This document shows, piece by piece, positions 62,500-64,000 of a DNA stretch of 64,000 bases (position 1 is the first letter of the stretch; each line of letters begins with the position of its first letter). The notes under the pieces were generated by a model. It was given only the letters and a program-made list of their open reading frames with translations. It did no database searches and had not been told where the DNA came from. This DNA is from Alloascoidea hylecoeti. Its lineage: Eukaryota. The position numbers were made by a program, and so were the translations under genes. The stretch is from the NCBI GenBank assembly GCA_001600815.1, contig BCKZ01000030.1, positions 93,918 through 157,917 on the forward strand, given 5' to 3'.

Positions 62500-64000
62500 C
62501 TATCGTCGCACCAATGAACCATATATCCCTTTTATAACTTTTGCCAGTGAATGTCGACCATCCCAAAGTGGGTAAAGCCCCACAGCTATAAATGTCATAT
62601 ATATCCAAAAGATAGCAACAGTAACCCAACCCTGGAAAAAGGCCTTGTTCCAAATCCAATTTCTATACAAAGGTAATGGCCATACAACCCATGTCAATAA
62701 AAGAACAAAAATAGTAAATCCATATGCTATTTTTATCCAATAATTGATTATTTTTAATTCTTCTTCTTCTTCGGATAAATCAGAACTGATATCAATATTG
62801 CTTCGATCTTTAGAATTTCCATCTTCATCAGAATCCACAGTTCTAGTGTATTCACTGGTCTTTCCGGCGCTTACTTCTTTCCTTTCTTTTTCAGATATTT
62901 CATTAGATACAGCGGAGTCTGTCTGGCTATCAGTTTTATCTTCTTCTTTTTTGACAAGTTTTGCTTCTTTCAACTTTGACCAGTCAAATTTACTTGGCTT
63001 AATAAAACTTATTGTGAAAGTTAGTATAGCTGGTACAAGTATTGTTACCAATCCACCATATAAACATGGTAATTGTTCTCCAGTTGATTTGACTGATATT
63101 TCCCCATAAAACGCATAGGCTGTTCCTAACCATGTTGCAAGCCCTCCCACCAAACCCACGATGGGTGATATTATTGCTGCAGCATCTGTTTGTCCATCCC
63201 ATGTGATTGCCAAAATAAGTGGCACAACTCCAGGACAATTCAACATAGAATAAAAGTATCCCATCCAAGTCATATCAACACCAACATAATGTAACATTAC
63301 AGAAAACCCCGCACAAAAAATACCGAAAAAAACCACTCCAAAATGTGACACAGCAATCAATTGCTTATTATTGGCCTCTGGCTTGATATAAGTTCTATAT
63401 ATATCGAAGGACATGATACTACTAACAGAAATCATTTGAGCACTTACAGTTGAGGTACAAGCCAGAAAAAGGGCAAGAAGCAGTCCACCACAAGCACCGT
63501 TTCCTAATAAAGCCTTTAAAGTGTAAGGAAGAACCTTCCCACTTGAAATCTCAGAAGCAGTCATTCTTCTTGGGTAAGTTGGAAAAATTGGAAGATCCTC
63601 CACTACAACTGATGCCAAACCACATACAGTACCAAGAGGCCAAACAACTGCAAAAATACACACAGCACCAATAATATAACCAGGAACAGTGGCTTTGGTA
63701 CTAGCAGAAAATGTTTTTTGCCAAAATGAAGAATCCATTACTGTTAATCCAAAATCTCCAACAGAATGAATGATTCCAAAAATAATAGCTCCTTTAGACT
63801 TAAAAGTCATGACTGAACCTTGATAATTCCCATCGATATATCGATCTCCATCATGCTTCATAACAAGGTCATATAATCCAGATATACCATTAATCTTATC
63901 GGATGCCAGAACAGCTGTTGAGAAATAGCATAATAAAATAACTGCAACGAAAGTATGAACAAAATCAGTCAAGAAAGTACTTTTTAAGCCACCAACTGCT
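62500..64000 (-). CDS. DUR3: Urea/polyamine transporter (SSS family); 5' part lies beyond the window
   Basis: YQGSVMTFKSKGAIIFG, DSSFWQK, TSTVSAQMISVSSIMSFDIYRTYI and VGLYPLWDGR, with many transmembrane segments. Confidence 0.92.
   Translation of the reverse strand, partial: AVGGLKSTFLTDFVHTFVAVILLCYFSTAVLASDKINGISGLYDLVMKHDGDRYIDGNYQGSVMTFKSKGAIIFGIIHSVGDFGLTVMDSSFWQKTFSASTKATVPGYIIGAVCIFAVVWPLGTVCGLASVVVEDLPIFPTYPRRMTASEISSGKVLPYTLKALLGNGACGGLLLALFLACTSTVSAQMISVSSIMSFDIYRTYIKPEANNKQLIAVSHFGVVFFGIFCAGFSVMLHYVGVDMTWMGYFYSMLNCPGVVPLILAITWDGQTDAAAIISPIVGLVGGLATWLGTAYAFYGEISVKSTGEQLPCLYGGLVTILVPAILTFTISFIKPSKFDWSKLKEAKLVKKEEDKTDSQTDSAVSNEISEKERKEVSAGKTSEYTRTVDSDEDGNSKDRSNIDISSDLSEEEEELKIINYWIKIAYGFTIFVLLLTWVVWPLPLYRNWIWNKAFFQGWVTVAIFWIYMTFIAVGLYPLWDGRHSLAKVIKGIYGSLVRR

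Overview
This is AT-rich eukaryotic DNA from a budding yeast (Saccharomycotina). It uses the standard code (CTG sits at conserved Leu positions) and is unusually intron-rich. Recognisable genes are MED19/ROX3, RPL32 (5'UTR intron), MRPL10, RCI37/YIL077C, a D-2-hydroxyacid dehydrogenase, ADK1 (2 introns), PCF11 (1), GGC1, HUB1 (4, absent from the ORF track), PPG1, SSK2, RSA4, an ACOT13-like thioesterase (6), IMG2 (1), an STB1-like gene (1) and the 3' part of DUR3. Between them lies fast-evolving accessory DNA: orphan ORFs, decayed ORFs, a pogo/Fot1 and a Tc1 transposase relic, an eIF4A pseudogene fragment, and local direct and inverted duplications. The most striking signal is three unrelated long fold-back structures: 9101-9993 (267/265-bp arms, TGT...ACA ends, near-5-bp TSD), 25460-25852 (diverged) and 52973-53194 (perfect 77-bp stem). 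Their arm differences are largely G-U compatible, so they could be hairpin-RNA (siRNA) loci and/or non-autonomous TIR elements. All alignments were made by eye; no database searches were run.
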